Positions 10,130-19,301 of a DNA stretch of 64,000 nucleotides are shown one piece after another; the first letter of the stretch is position 1, and every line of letters starts with the position of its first letter. Where the stretch lies: the NCBI GenBank assembly GCA_963816145.1, contig CAWFJP010000001.1, positions 224,001 to 288,000 on the forward strand. The letters run 5' to 3'. Both the position numbers and the translations under genes were made by a program. The notes under the pieces were generated by a model. That model had not been told where the DNA came from, ran no database searches, and was given only the letters and a program-made list of their open reading frames with translations. This DNA comes from an uncultured delta proteobacterium. GTDB taxonomy: Bacteria; Desulfobacterota; Binatia; UBA9968.

Positions 10130-12079
10130 TCAGCCTTGCAGATGCACCACCACCACTTGCTCTTCTTGCCGGCGATCGCCCGGCGCCGGAGTCTGCTTCA
10201 CGACGTAGCCGCTACCCTGCATCTTCAGAGAAATTCTCATCGATTGGGCTTTCTCCAGAGCCTCGCGCATGCTGAGACCGAGGAAATCCGGCACCGCGTC
10301 TTCCGTACTTGAAGCCAACTGCACACCCGGCCGCTTGATCGGCCGCTGCGCCGACGGCTCGGCTTGCGCGGGCATGTTGGGGATGACGGCGCCGTCGCGC
10401 GGTGCCACCGCAAGCTGGCGCAATGCCCCCTGGGCGATGTTGCGGAATGCCGGCGCAGCGACTACACCGCCATAAACATTTCCCTCGGGCTCATCGACCA
10501 GCACCAATGACACCAAGCGGGGATTATCCGCCGGCACGAAGCCGATGAAGGAACTGACGCGTTTTTTCGCCGAATAAACACCGTGCTCGGCCTTCTGAGC
10601 CGTGCCGGTTTTGCCGGCAACGTCAAAGCCGTCGACTTTCGCCGCCACGCCGGTGCCGCCTTCAGTAGTGACATTTCGCAGCAGAGAGGCCAGCAACTTT
10701 GCGGTCTTTTCGGAGACGACCCGCCGAACAATCCGCGGCTGGTTTTCGACCAGGGTGTCGCCCTGCGGGCTAACAACTTTGCGAGTCACGTAGGGCCGCA
10801 TGAGAATCCCGCCGTTGGCGATCGCTGCATAAGCCATGATCATCTGCATCGGCGTGGTCGATACACCCTGGCCAAACGCATGGGTCGCCAAATCGACTGC
10901 CGACCAATGTTCCGGCTTGCGCAATAACCCCGGAACCTCGCCTGGCACATCGAGGCCGGTCACCCGCCCAAAGCCGAACTTGTCGATGTATTTGAAGTAG
11001 CGATCCTTCTTCAGTTTCTCGGCGACCTTGGTAAAGCCGATATTGCTCGACACCTGGAGAATTTTTGAAAATGGCAGCCAGCCCTGCGGATGGGTGTCGT
11101 GAATCACCCGGCCGGCATAGAGATACTTGCCCATCTCGCAATAAAAAAGATCATCCTTGCCGACCACCCCTTCTTCGAGAGCCGCAGCCGCTAGAATAGT
11201 CTTGAAGGTTGAACCCGGCTCGAAGCTGTCGGTCACGGCGCGATTGCGCCGCTGGTCGGCGCTCTGCTGCGAAGCTTTATTGGGATCGAAGGTTGGATAA
11301 TTGGCCAGCGCTAACACTTCGCCTGTCGCGGGATCGACGACGATCGCGACCCCGGCCTTGGCGCGATATTTTTGAATCGTCGCTTCCAATTCTTTTTCTG
11401 CCAGATGCTGGATCGACGAGTCGATGGTCAAGTGAACATCGCTGCCGGGCGGCACTTGCAGACGTTCCACTCCTTCCACTAAAACACGCCGCCCCAGAGC
11501 ATCGCGCTCGGACACCGACGAACCCGCCGCGCCACGAATATAATCGTTGTATTGCAGCTCGATGCCCTCGAGTCCCTCGGAATCGCGATTGACAAATCCC
11601 AACAAGTGCCCGGCCAAGCCGCCCTGCGGATAGTAGCGGGTCGGCTCAACGTACATGCCGATGCCGTCGATGCGCAGCGCTTGAATCTGTTCCGCCTCGA
11701 CAGGCGAAACCTGGCGCTTAAGCCAGACGAACGGCTTATTTGCCGCCAGTTTTTGCGCGACCTCTGCTGGTCCCACCTTGAGGATTCGGGCAAGAGTCAG
11801 ACTGGCCTCACCGGGATTCTGCAACCGGTGCGGCCGGACATAAACGGATTGCGATTCTAAACTCAGAGCCAACGGTTCGTTGCCGCGGTCGTATAGAGCG
11901 CCGCGCTTGGGCAAAACAATCCATTCTTTCAGTTGCTGGCGCTGTCCTTGGCGCATCAACCAGTCGCCTTGAAACACTTGCAGCTGAAACGCGCGCCCGC
12001 CAACGATCAAAAAAACCAGCAGGAAGACAATCTTCACGCAGCCCAGGCGCAGGCGGTTTCGTTTGGGCGAACGTCTCAT
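10130..12079 (-). CDS. ftsI: Septal transpeptidase PBP3 with C-terminal PASTA-like domain
   Basis: STFK (SxxK), SSN, KTGT motifs; C-terminal VPDFLGLSMREA..VVKQTP PASTA pattern. Confidence 0.93.
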   Translation of the reverse strand: MRRSPKRNRLRLGCVKIVFLLVFLIVGGRAFQLQVFQGDWLMRQGQRQQLKEWIVLPKRGALYDRGNEPLALSLESQSVYVRPHRLQNPGEASLTLARILKVGPAEVAQKLAANKPFVWLKRQVSPVEAEQIQALRIDGIGMYVEPTRYYPQGGLAGHLLGFVNRDSEGLEGIELQYNDYIRGAAGSSVSERDALGRRVLVEGVERLQVPPGSDVHLTIDSSIQHLAEKELEATIQKYRAKAGVAIVVDPATGEVLALANYPTFDPNKASQQSADQRRNRAVTDSFEPGSTFKTILAAAALEEGVVGKDDLFYCEMGKYLYAGRVIHDTHPQGWLPFSKILQVSSNIGFTKVAEKLKKDRYFKYIDKFGFGRVTGLDVPGEVPGLLRKPEHWSAVDLATHAFGQGVSTTPMQMIMAYAAIANGGILMRPYVTRKVVSPQGDTLVENQPRIVRRVVSEKTAKLLASLLRNVTTEGGTGVAAKVDGFDVAGKTGTAQKAEHGVYSAKKRVSSFIGFVPADNPRLVSLVLVDEPEGNVYGGVVAAPAFRNIAQGALRQLAVAPRDGAVIPNMPAQAEPSAQRPIKRPGVQLASSTEDAVPDFLGLSMREALEKAQSMRISLKMQGSGYVVKQTPAPGDRRQEEQVVVVHLQG

Positions 12080-12423
12080 GGCAAAACGACGACCTGGCCT
12101 TTCTGCGGCGGCGTCAAGCCCAACCGGCGGCGGGCCATTTCATCGAGCCGATCTCGCGTCGTCAAAGTCGCTAACTCAACCTTGAGCTCGCGATTCTCCT
12201 GCTCCAAACGGCTTTGCAACTTACTCGCGGTGGAGAGCACATATCCCATGCGCACGACCTGCAAACGCAACCAAACATGGCCCAGCACGACGCCGAGAAG
12301 AACGACGATCAGCAAGCCCACGCCCAAGTGACGACGGCGGCGCACCGCCTGGTCCGCGCGGCTACTGTGTGCACGCTTGGGTAGCGCGATGCGTTGATTT
12401 TCAATTTTAACCGCAGTTGCCAT
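12076..12423 (-). CDS. ftsL: Cell division protein FtsL
   Basis: TM helix plus leucine-zipper coil ending ARRRLGLTPP; position between rsmH and ftsI. Confidence 0.85.
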   Translation of the reverse strand: MATAVKIENQRIALPKRAHSSRADQAVRRRRHLGVGLLIVVLLGVVLGHVWLRLQVVRMGYVLSTASKLQSRLEQENRELKVELATLTTRDRLDEMARRRLGLTPPQKGQVVVLP

Positions 12424-12435
12424 GGTTATGATGAT

Positions 12436-13362
12436 TCAAACGCGCTCGGCCGCCCGTAATTTCGCCGACCGGGCGCGCGGGTTGGCCGCCGTCTCAGCTT
12501 CGCCTGGCACCACCGGCCTCTTCGTCAGAACTTTCACCTTCTGACTCCAACCGCACTGACAAACGAGCGCCCGCGGCGGACATAAACAGGCACGGCTCCA
12601 TTTACGAAAGGCGTTCTTCACTAAACGATCTTCCAATGAATGAAACGAAATAATTACCAACCGCGCGCCCGGCCGCAGCAACTCGAAACCGTCGGCAAGA
12701 AAATGTTCCAACTGGTCGAGCTCCTGGTTCACGGCGATGCGCAAGGCCTGAAACACCTGGGTGGCCGGGTGGTGATCGCGCCGGCGGCCGCCTTTGACGC
12801 CCTCGACCAAGCGCGCCAGATCATCCGTGCTCTCGATGGACCGCTGCTTTCGTTCAGCGGCAATCCTTTCGGCGATGCGGCGCGCTTGCGGCTCCTCGCC
12901 ATAGTCGCGGAATATCCGCATCAACTCCTCCACCGTCGCCGTGTTGACTAGCCGATAGGCGTCGAGAGATTGCCGGCGATCCATGCGCATATCCAATCGT
13001 CCGCCTAAGCGAAAACTAAAGCCGCGCTGCGGTGCATCGATTTGCCATGACGAAACACCTAAGTCCAAAATGATACCGTCTGCGCCGACCCAACCGATCT
13101 CCGCGAGCACCTCGCGCAACTCGGAAAAACTCGTCTGCCTCAGGATTGATCGAGCACCGAATCGCTGTAAGCGGTGGCGCGCCGCGGCAATCGCTTCATC
13201 GTCTCGATCCAACCCCAGCACTTGGCCATCAGGACTGCTCGCGGCGAGAATCGCTTCGCTGTGACCGCCGCCGCCCAATGTGCCATCGACATACTGCCCG
13301 CCTGGCGCGGGCCTGAGAAAATCAATCGCCTCTCGCACCAGAACTGAAACATGGACAAACAC
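12436..13362 (-). CDS. rsmH: 16S rRNA m4C1402 methyltransferase
   Basis: DGTLGGGGH, DLGVSS.QID, LDMRM, SFHSLEDR, NPRARSAKLR. Confidence 0.97.
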   Translation of the reverse strand: MFVHVSVLVREAIDFLRPAPGGQYVDGTLGGGGHSEAILAASSPDGQVLGLDRDDEAIAAARHRLQRFGARSILRQTSFSELREVLAEIGWVGADGIILDLGVSSWQIDAPQRGFSFRLGGRLDMRMDRRQSLDAYRLVNTATVEELMRIFRDYGEEPQARRIAERIAAERKQRSIESTDDLARLVEGVKGGRRRDHHPATQVFQALRIAVNQELDQLEHFLADGFELLRPGARLVIISFHSLEDRLVKNAFRKWSRACLCPPRALVCQCGWSQKVKVLTKRPVVPGEAETAANPRARSAKLRAAERV

Positions 13363-13365
13363 GAT

Positions 13366-13728
13366 TCAGTGGCTCGTGCCGTCGCCCTCCCAGTCGTCTT
13401 CGAAACTCTCAATCGCGTCCTCCAACGAGTGATACTCCTCGAAGAAACGATCCATGCCGACAACCTTGAAGATATCGCGTAAGAACGGACTCATGCCGGA
13501 TAACTTCAGATCACCATTGACATTGCGCAGCGCCTTGAGGCGCTCGAGCAACACGCCGATGCTCAAGTAATTGATGTGATCGACCGACCTGAGATTGAGC
13601 ACAACTTTGATGCGATCATGTTCGATGAACGAACCGATGGTGTCTTTGATGCGGATCATTTCCCGAAAATCGATGTCGCCGCTGACATCGATCACCGAGA
13701 TATCTTGAATCGCTTTGCGCGCCAGCAT
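13366..13728 (-). CDS. STAS-domain (anti-sigma-factor antagonist-like) protein
   Basis: VIDVSGDID, VVLNLRSVDHI, GDLKLSGMS..LRDIFKVVGM, LEDAIESF STAS pattern; AAAGGAG RBS upstream. Confidence 0.85.
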   Translation of the reverse strand: MLARKAIQDISVIDVSGDIDFREMIRIKDTIGSFIEHDRIKVVLNLRSVDHINYLSIGVLLERLKALRNVNGDLKLSGMSPFLRDIFKVVGMDRFFEEYHSLEDAIESFEDDWEGDGTSH

Positions 13729-13770
13729 CCGCTGTTCTCCTTTCGCCCCGCCCCCGTTAATCCCATGCCG

Positions 13771-14223
13771 CTAAAAACCGATGTCGCTCAAGAAATCGGG
13801 ATCCTGCATCAGCTTATTTTCAGCCGCGCCGTGAACCTTATTCCAGATCTCTTGGTCCCAAATGCGAAATTTTTCCAACGCCGAAACTAGCGCAACATCG
13901 CGTTTGAGATCGGCGTATTTACGCAGAACCGGTGGAATCAAAATGCGGCCATGGGTGTCGAGTGCGCACTCGCAGGCCCCGCCGAGATAATAGTTTTGAA
14001 ACAACACCATGCGTGAATCGAACTTGGGCCGCTTGCGCACCTCTTCTTCAAATTTGATCCACTCGTCCATCGGATAAACATCGAGACAACGCATGCCATC
14101 GACGATAAAGTTGGTGACCATGATGCGCTCGTCACCTTTACCGACTAGGACATCGCGAAACTTCGATGGGATGCTGATGCGTCCCTTGGGATCGATCGTG
14201 TGTTCGTAGCTTCCGTGAAACAT
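13771..14223 (-). CDS. mraZ: dcw transcriptional regulator MraZ
   Basis: MFHGSYEHTIDPKGRISIP and second repeat LDTHGRILIP; ATG at 14223. Confidence 0.95.
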   Translation of the reverse strand: MFHGSYEHTIDPKGRISIPSKFRDVLVGKGDERIMVTNFIVDGMRCLDVYPMDEWIKFEEEVRKRPKFDSRMVLFQNYYLGGACECALDTHGRILIPPVLRKYADLKRDVALVSALEKFRIWDQEIWNKVHGAAENKLMQDPDFLSDIGF

Positions 14224-14236
14224 TGGCGCCCATCTT

Positions 14237-14311
14237 GTGGGAAAATGAGGGAAAATATCCCACTCTAACCCACCAGGGGCCACTTATAACTTCATAGCGA
14301 AAATCTGTCAA
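14237..14311 (-). promoter_or_regulatory. sigma70 promoter of the dcw operon overlapped by MraZ-type GTGG repeats
   Basis: TTGACA (14311-14306), 17-bp spacer, TATAAG (14288-14283). GTGG on the minus strand at 14283, 14273 and 14263 (10-bp period); GTGGG/GAGGG in the opposite orientation at 14237 and 14247. Confidence 0.8.
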
Positions 14312-14614
14312 CAACAATTCGCTATAATTACAGTGATTCTTTGGTATTTATTGGCGCGCGAGCGACACTTTGAATCGACCGCAAGAAATCGCTGGATTTC
14401 CAAGTGAAATGTCCGTCTGAAACAGCTTGAAGTGAACCTGTTGAACGCTGATCGGACCAACCACGAAGTCAGGCAGAAATGGCAATTCGGCCGAACCCCA
14501 GTAGCGCTGGATATTGGCGGTCTGTGAGAGCGAACATTTGCGGAACCATCGACCGGGCTTCAGACGATAGGCCGAGAGTTAAACCAGGCAGCGATTCACG
14601 TCTTGGTGGCAAAA

Positions 14615-14987
14615 GTGGGCTAAAGCGGATCGGTAAGCCGGATTCTGTAATGGCCTGCAATAGCGGCCACAGCGATCATTCATCTACTCCCTTGATTGCT
14701 CAAGGGATCGAGCGTCCATACCCGAGGGCTATGGGCGGACCACCCAACCCTCCTATTTGGCCTTGCACCAGGTGGGGTTTGCCAAGCGTTCGCCATCACT
14801 GGCGAACCGGTGAGCTCTTACCTCGCCTTTTCAACCTTACCCGCCGCCGAAGCGGCTGGCGGTATGTTTTCTGTGGTACTTTCCCCCGATCACTCGGAGC
14901 CGTCGTTAACGGCCACCCTGTCCTATGGAGTCCGGACTTTCCTCCTCTGCTCGCGCGGAGGCGATCGCTTGATCCACTTTAGCCCAC
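14615..14987 (-). ncRNA. rnpB: RNase P RNA (class A)
   Basis: Minus strand has GAGGAAAGTCCGG near the 5' end and ACAGAATCCGGCTTAC near the 3' end; terminal 17-bp helix GTGGGCTAAAGTGGATC / GATCCGCTTTAGCCCAC. Confidence 0.95.
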
Positions 14988-14993
14988 GCTGTC

Positions 14994-15413
14994 TTATCGT
15001 GCGGCCTCGTCAATGCCTCGATTGGCTAGCCGGTCGGCAACTTTGTTATGTTCGCGCCGCACATGAACGATACGATAGGAACCGAACCGACGCAACAAAC
15101 TGGTCGCGTGCCCAAAAAGCACCTTGAGTTTTTCATCTTTCACCTGATACTCGCCGTTGAGTTGGCGCACCAGCAGTTGCGAATCGCTCTGCACCACAAT
15201 CCGGCTGCGCTTGAGCTCGATCAACGCCTCAAGCCCCATCAGCAATGCCTCGTATTCCGCGACGTTATTGGTCGCGTGGCCGAGATACCGGCTCAGCTCT
15301 CTGACCTCGGCACCGGTTTCATCGTAGATCGCCGCGCCGCAACCAGCTGGTCCGGGATTGCCCCGCGCCGCGCCGTCGACCATCAACAACCATTCTGGCT
15401 CTAACTCTGCCAT
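14994..15413 (-). CDS. rnhA: Ribonuclease HI-family protein
   Basis: DGAARGNPG, TNNVAEYEAL, DSQLLV, N..ADRLAN acidic tetrad. Confidence 0.88.
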   Translation of the reverse strand: MAELEPEWLLMVDGAARGNPGPAGCGAAIYDETGAEVRELSRYLGHATNNVAEYEALLMGLEALIELKRSRIVVQSDSQLLVRQLNGEYQVKDEKLKVLFGHATSLLRRFGSYRIVHVRREHNKVADRLANRGIDEAAR

Positions 15414-15540
15414 AGAAAACACACCGCCGCGCAGCGCGACCGATCGATATAAAAACTGGGCGCGCAGCTGAGCCGAATCCGAACCGTCAGCAGCGCTCCT
15501 GATTGAGCCGGGCTGTGGTTGGGTCTAGAGCGCCAAACCT

Positions 15541-16287
15541 TTAAGCTGACTTGGCTTCTTCAAGCGGCGCAGGTTTGACGTAGACGATTCGCTGGCAGCT
15601 GGGACAGAGATGAATTTTGTCGCTGCGAATGATTTCGTTGCTCAGTTGGGGCGGAATATTCATGAAGCAGCCCTGGCAAATCCCGCCGGCGACTTCCACC
15701 ACCGCCGTGCCGCCGCGTCGGGAAAAAATCAGCTCGTAGCGCGAGATCAAATCGCGCGCCAGATTGGCCGCGATGCTTTGACGCCGCGACAAAGCTTCGG
15801 ACACCGCCTGATCGATGCCGCGGATCTGCCCTTCAAGCTCTTGCTGCTGGCTTTGCCAGGCTTCACGCAGCGCCGCCATCTCGGCCTCTTTGCCCTGAAT
15901 ACTCGTCTTAATCGCATCGATTTCCTGCATAATCTTGATCAGTTCCTCTTCCAGGTCGCCGTTGCTCTGGCGCATGAGATCGATCTCGCGTTGCAGGGCC
16001 TGGAGCTCTTTGGAATTCTTGATGCGATTCATGCGCATGCGCTTGTCCATCGCCTTCTTACCTTCGTCCTGAAACACCCGGTCCTTGTCGGCGCGCAGTT
16101 TCTCTTTCTCGGCGCAGGCAGCGGTCAGCGCATCCACTTCCTTCTGTTTGGCCTGAATTTCGCGCTCTCTGGTTTGGAGTTCGCTCAACAGGCCTTGCTT
16201 CAATCCGGTCTGCTCTTTGACCTCACGATCGACCGTTTGCAAAGAAGCTAAGATTTCAATTTGCGCGTGCAATTTCGAATCCCCCAT
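15541..16287 (-). CDS. Coiled-coil protein with C-terminal C4 zinc ribbon (DUF164-like)
   Basis: Long coiled coil, then CQGC...CPSC; synteny with rnhA and rnpB. Confidence 0.88.
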   Translation of the reverse strand: MGDSKLHAQIEILASLQTVDREVKEQTGLKQGLLSELQTREREIQAKQKEVDALTAACAEKEKLRADKDRVFQDEGKKAMDKRMRMNRIKNSKELQALQREIDLMRQSNGDLEEELIKIMQEIDAIKTSIQGKEAEMAALREAWQSQQQELEGQIRGIDQAVSEALSRRQSIAANLARDLISRYELIFSRRGGTAVVEVAGGICQGCFMNIPPQLSNEIIRSDKIHLCPSCQRIVYVKPAPLEEAKSA

Positions 16288-16374
16288 TCAGATAAAAAAA
16301 ATGCACCCAGTTGGGTGCATTTTTAGACTTGGAATGCTTTTAGTAGAAATTTGTTTAAGTACGCTTTTATTCAC
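16288..16374 (-). CDS. Candidate 28-aa leader peptide MNKSVLKQISTKSIPSLKMHPTGCIFFI
   Basis: GTG at 16374, open through the terminator hairpin; its TGA (16290-16288) abuts the ATG (16287) of the zinc-ribbon gene. Confidence 0.4.
   Translation of the reverse strand: MNKSVLKQISTKSIPSLKMHPTGCIFFI
16294..16324 (-). terminator. Intrinsic terminator or attenuator hairpin
   Basis: AAAAATGCACCC-AACT-GGGTGCATTTTTTTT on the minus strand. Confidence 0.8.
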
Positions 16375-16503
16375 TCCAGCAACGATCCCCTGAATAAATT
16401 TCTTATATAAAATAGTGGCCGTTGTCAAAGCGATGGGACGGCGCACGACAACCTCCGAAAAGCTCGACTGGCTCGCCGTTTCGAATGTCCAACCTAACTT
16501 TAC

Positions 16504-17730
16504 TCATCTATAGCGCGTCCCTTGCCGCAGTTGTTGGCGTTGGAGTTGTTGTCCCATGTTGTTGGTGGTGCGAATCAGGTCGCCAAACCAAACCATCAAT
16601 TCGTTTAGCCGGGTGCCGTTACTCGCCGCAATCTCCGACCAGGGCAGGCCGCGCTGATAGTCGTCGACGACCCGGTTGAGCGAGCCGCGTCCGAGATAGG
16701 CCACGCCGCGCAACCCCGCGTACTGGCCGTAGCCGGTTTGGAGCTGTTGGCGCTCCTGAACGATCGTCTGGGGACTCGTGCGCAACTCGTAGGCCAGGGC
16801 TTCGACCACAGCGCGTTCGCCGTTCTGCTGCTCCATGGCGCTGTTGATCGCCGCCATGCGCTTGAGCAGCTCGCGCTCGGACCTAGCCGCCGGGGTATCC
16901 AATGACGCCGCCGATGGTAGAGTTTCAAGGCGTGCATTGCTCGGCTGATAATACGACAGGGCTTCCGGCAAGAACGAGCGAATGTTTTGCACCCGGGTTT
17001 CATATCCTGGGTGAGTTGAGAGAAACTCCGGCGGGCGCCCCTTGGCAGCCTCCTTCTTCTCCATGGTTTCCATGCGCTGCCACAGGTCGACAGCGACGCG
17101 CGGATCATAACCCGCCTTGGCCATGAGGATTAAGCCGATTCGATCCGCTTCGGTTTCCTGCGAGCGACCAAATGGCAACGCCACACCGACACCGCCGACG
17201 ATTCCATAGGCCTGCAATACTTGGTTGGCCATCGCCGGATTTTTGCCTAGTGCAATACCTAGTCCGACGCCGCCCAACTGCAAGAGCATATCTTGGCTCA
17301 TGCGCTCCGCTGGATGACGCGCCAGCGCATGGGCTACTTCATGCCCCAATACCACCGCCAAGCCCGCCTCATCCCGCGCCGGCCCGAAAATCCCTGTGTA
17401 TGCCGCCACTTTACCGCCGGGAACAGCGAAGGCGTTGACCATCTCCGGATCGTTGATCACCGTGAACTCCCATTTGTACTCGGGCTTGTTGGCCACGGCG
17501 GCAATCCGCTCACCAACCTTGCGGACAATCCGCTCGGCGTCAGGATTATGCGTGATCACGCTATCGCGCAGGGCATGCTTATAGGCGTCGTCGCCGAGCG
17601 AGATTTCCTGTCCCTCCGAGACCAAAATGACCTGACGGCGGCCGGTAAAAGGGGCAGTGGCGCAGCTCCAAACAAACCCTCCGAGCAAGACAAACGATAC
17701 CAGCCTTTTCATAGAAGCCCTGATAGCCAT
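16504..17730 (-). CDS. M48 family metallopeptidase (lipoprotein) with extra C-terminal domain
   Basis: Lipobox-like VWSC, NAFAVPGG, HEVAH, ETEAD..G, FLSTHP; about 140 extra C-terminal residues. Confidence 0.88.
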   Translation of the reverse strand: MAIRASMKRLVSFVLLGGFVWSCATAPFTGRRQVILVSEGQEISLGDDAYKHALRDSVITHNPDAERIVRKVGERIAAVANKPEYKWEFTVINDPEMVNAFAVPGGKVAAYTGIFGPARDEAGLAVVLGHEVAHALARHPAERMSQDMLLQLGGVGLGIALGKNPAMANQVLQAYGIVGGVGVALPFGRSQETEADRIGLILMAKAGYDPRVAVDLWQRMETMEKKEAAKGRPPEFLSTHPGYETRVQNIRSFLPEALSYYQPSNARLETLPSAASLDTPAARSERELLKRMAAINSAMEQQNGERAVVEALAYELRTSPQTIVQERQQLQTGYGQYAGLRGVAYLGRGSLNRVVDDYQRGLPWSEIAASNGTRLNELMVWFGDLIRTTNNMGQQLQRQQLRQGTRYR

Positions 17731-17826
17731 GTGCGCAATTCAATAAGAAATAGCGTTTAGAAACGAGCCGCGTAACAAATCCCTGGCGCTGACAATTAGA
17801 CGTTAGCCAAGGTTGAGACCGTCAAG

Positions 17827-19206
17827 TTATAGCCCCATTTTCCCTGGATTGAGAATATTGTTGGGATCGAGAGACTGCTTGATCTGGCGCATCACTCGTA
17901 AACCGTGGCCGTGCTCCTCAGCCATCAAAGGCGCGAGTTTCACGCCAACGCCATGGGTGTACTCCATCGAACCACCCATTTGCTGCACCAAGCGCAGCAG
18001 CTCTTCGATCGCCTCTTCCAGAGCCAGCTGGGCGTTCGCAACCGAGCCATCTTCGGCGCCAAGTCGCATGGAGAAAAGTTCCGGCTGCACCCATAAGCCA
18101 CTTTCCTGTAAACGCACGCCGTGGCGTTCAGTAATCGCCTGTGCGGCGCTGCGGAAAGCCAAGATTTTCGAACTCGGCAAGGCGACATGAATCCAATCAC
18201 GATAAACCCCATCGCGGCCACGCTCGCGCCGCTGCCGGCGATTGCGCGCGAATCGGCGCGCGATCTCGTGTCGGTCGCGCCAAAACTGCTCTGCGTCACT
18301 GCTCGGCAGCTCTTTGCCCCCATGGGCCTGACATAACACCGTCGTCTGCTTCTCCTCCGCCGCGGTCAACTCTAGATTGCCCTCGAAGACTAGATAGAGA
18401 AGCGCGCCGCCATGATTCTCGGCGTCGTCACCGAAGTCGAGCAGCGCCGGCCGCAGCCGCCGTTGAAACATTTCTTGAATCGCGCCATAGCCGCGTTCGA
18501 ATGTCGCGAAAAGATAACCGCGAAACAGCCGGGTTTCGGGTTTCGGGAAAATGCGAATCGTCGCTTCGGTAACGATGCCAAAACAACCCTCGCCGCCGAT
18601 GAGCAGAGCATTAAGGTTTAGCCCCGCGGAGTGTTTTGCCACCGGCCGCGTGCGCAAGACCTCACCGGTCGGCATGACCGCTTCCAGACCCAGAACCTGC
18701 TCGCCCATGGAACCGTAAATCCCGGCGCGATAGCCGACGCTATTAGTCGAGATCGCCCCACCGATGGTCGCCACCGGCACCGTCCACGGATCATGGCCCA
18801 AGATAAAGCCGGCTGGGTTCAACGCCAGATCGACGGCTTCTAGCACCGCGCCCGCTTGGACATGGACGGATCGAGACTCGCCATCGATGTGAAGAATCCG
18901 GTTCATGCGTCGCAGGTCAATAACCAGACCAGGACGAATCGACAACGCACCGCCCATCAACCCCGATCCACCGCCGAACGGTACAATCGGCAACTTCTCC
19001 CGATTGGCGAAACGGACAATCTGCTGAACTTCTTCAGTCGAAATCGGCGCCACGGCGCACAGGGGCGCCGCCACTTCCGGCTGATGGCGGGGATGAAAAC
19101 GGCCTTCGCTCAGCGCATCCCAAGAAAGCTCGTCCAGATAATCACTGTTGGTCGAGATGCGCTCCGGCTCGACTATTCTGCCGAGTTTTTCCTGTAATAG
19201 TTCCAT
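17827..19206 (-). CDS. FAD-linked oxidoreductase (GlcD / alkyl-DHAP synthase-like, VAO family)
   Basis: PFGGGSGLMGG, ATIGGAISTN, GGEGCFGIVTEA, HGVG, LDPNNILNPGK. Confidence 0.85.
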   Translation of the reverse strand: MELLQEKLGRIVEPERISTNSDYLDELSWDALSEGRFHPRHQPEVAAPLCAVAPISTEEVQQIVRFANREKLPIVPFGGGSGLMGGALSIRPGLVIDLRRMNRILHIDGESRSVHVQAGAVLEAVDLALNPAGFILGHDPWTVPVATIGGAISTNSVGYRAGIYGSMGEQVLGLEAVMPTGEVLRTRPVAKHSAGLNLNALLIGGEGCFGIVTEATIRIFPKPETRLFRGYLFATFERGYGAIQEMFQRRLRPALLDFGDDAENHGGALLYLVFEGNLELTAAEEKQTTVLCQAHGGKELPSSDAEQFWRDRHEIARRFARNRRQRRERGRDGVYRDWIHVALPSSKILAFRSAAQAITERHGVRLQESGLWVQPELFSMRLGAEDGSVANAQLALEEAIEELLRLVQQMGGSMEYTHGVGVKLAPLMAEEHGHGLRVMRQIKQSLDPNNILNPGKMGL

Positions 19207-19301
19207 AGACTTGAGGCGATCTTCACGACAAAGACACGCCTCAAACTATACCGCAATCGTTATCGAGGATCGACAGATGAGAAAACTATCACCAGCAAAG
19301 T

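Noticed and set aside
14312-14614. Possible sRNA or ORF between rnpB and the mraZ promoter
   Set aside because: No recognisable motif, stable hairpin or credible ORF seen by eye
14479-15127. Plus-strand ORFs of 167 and 143 aa
   Set aside because: Antisense to RNase P RNA
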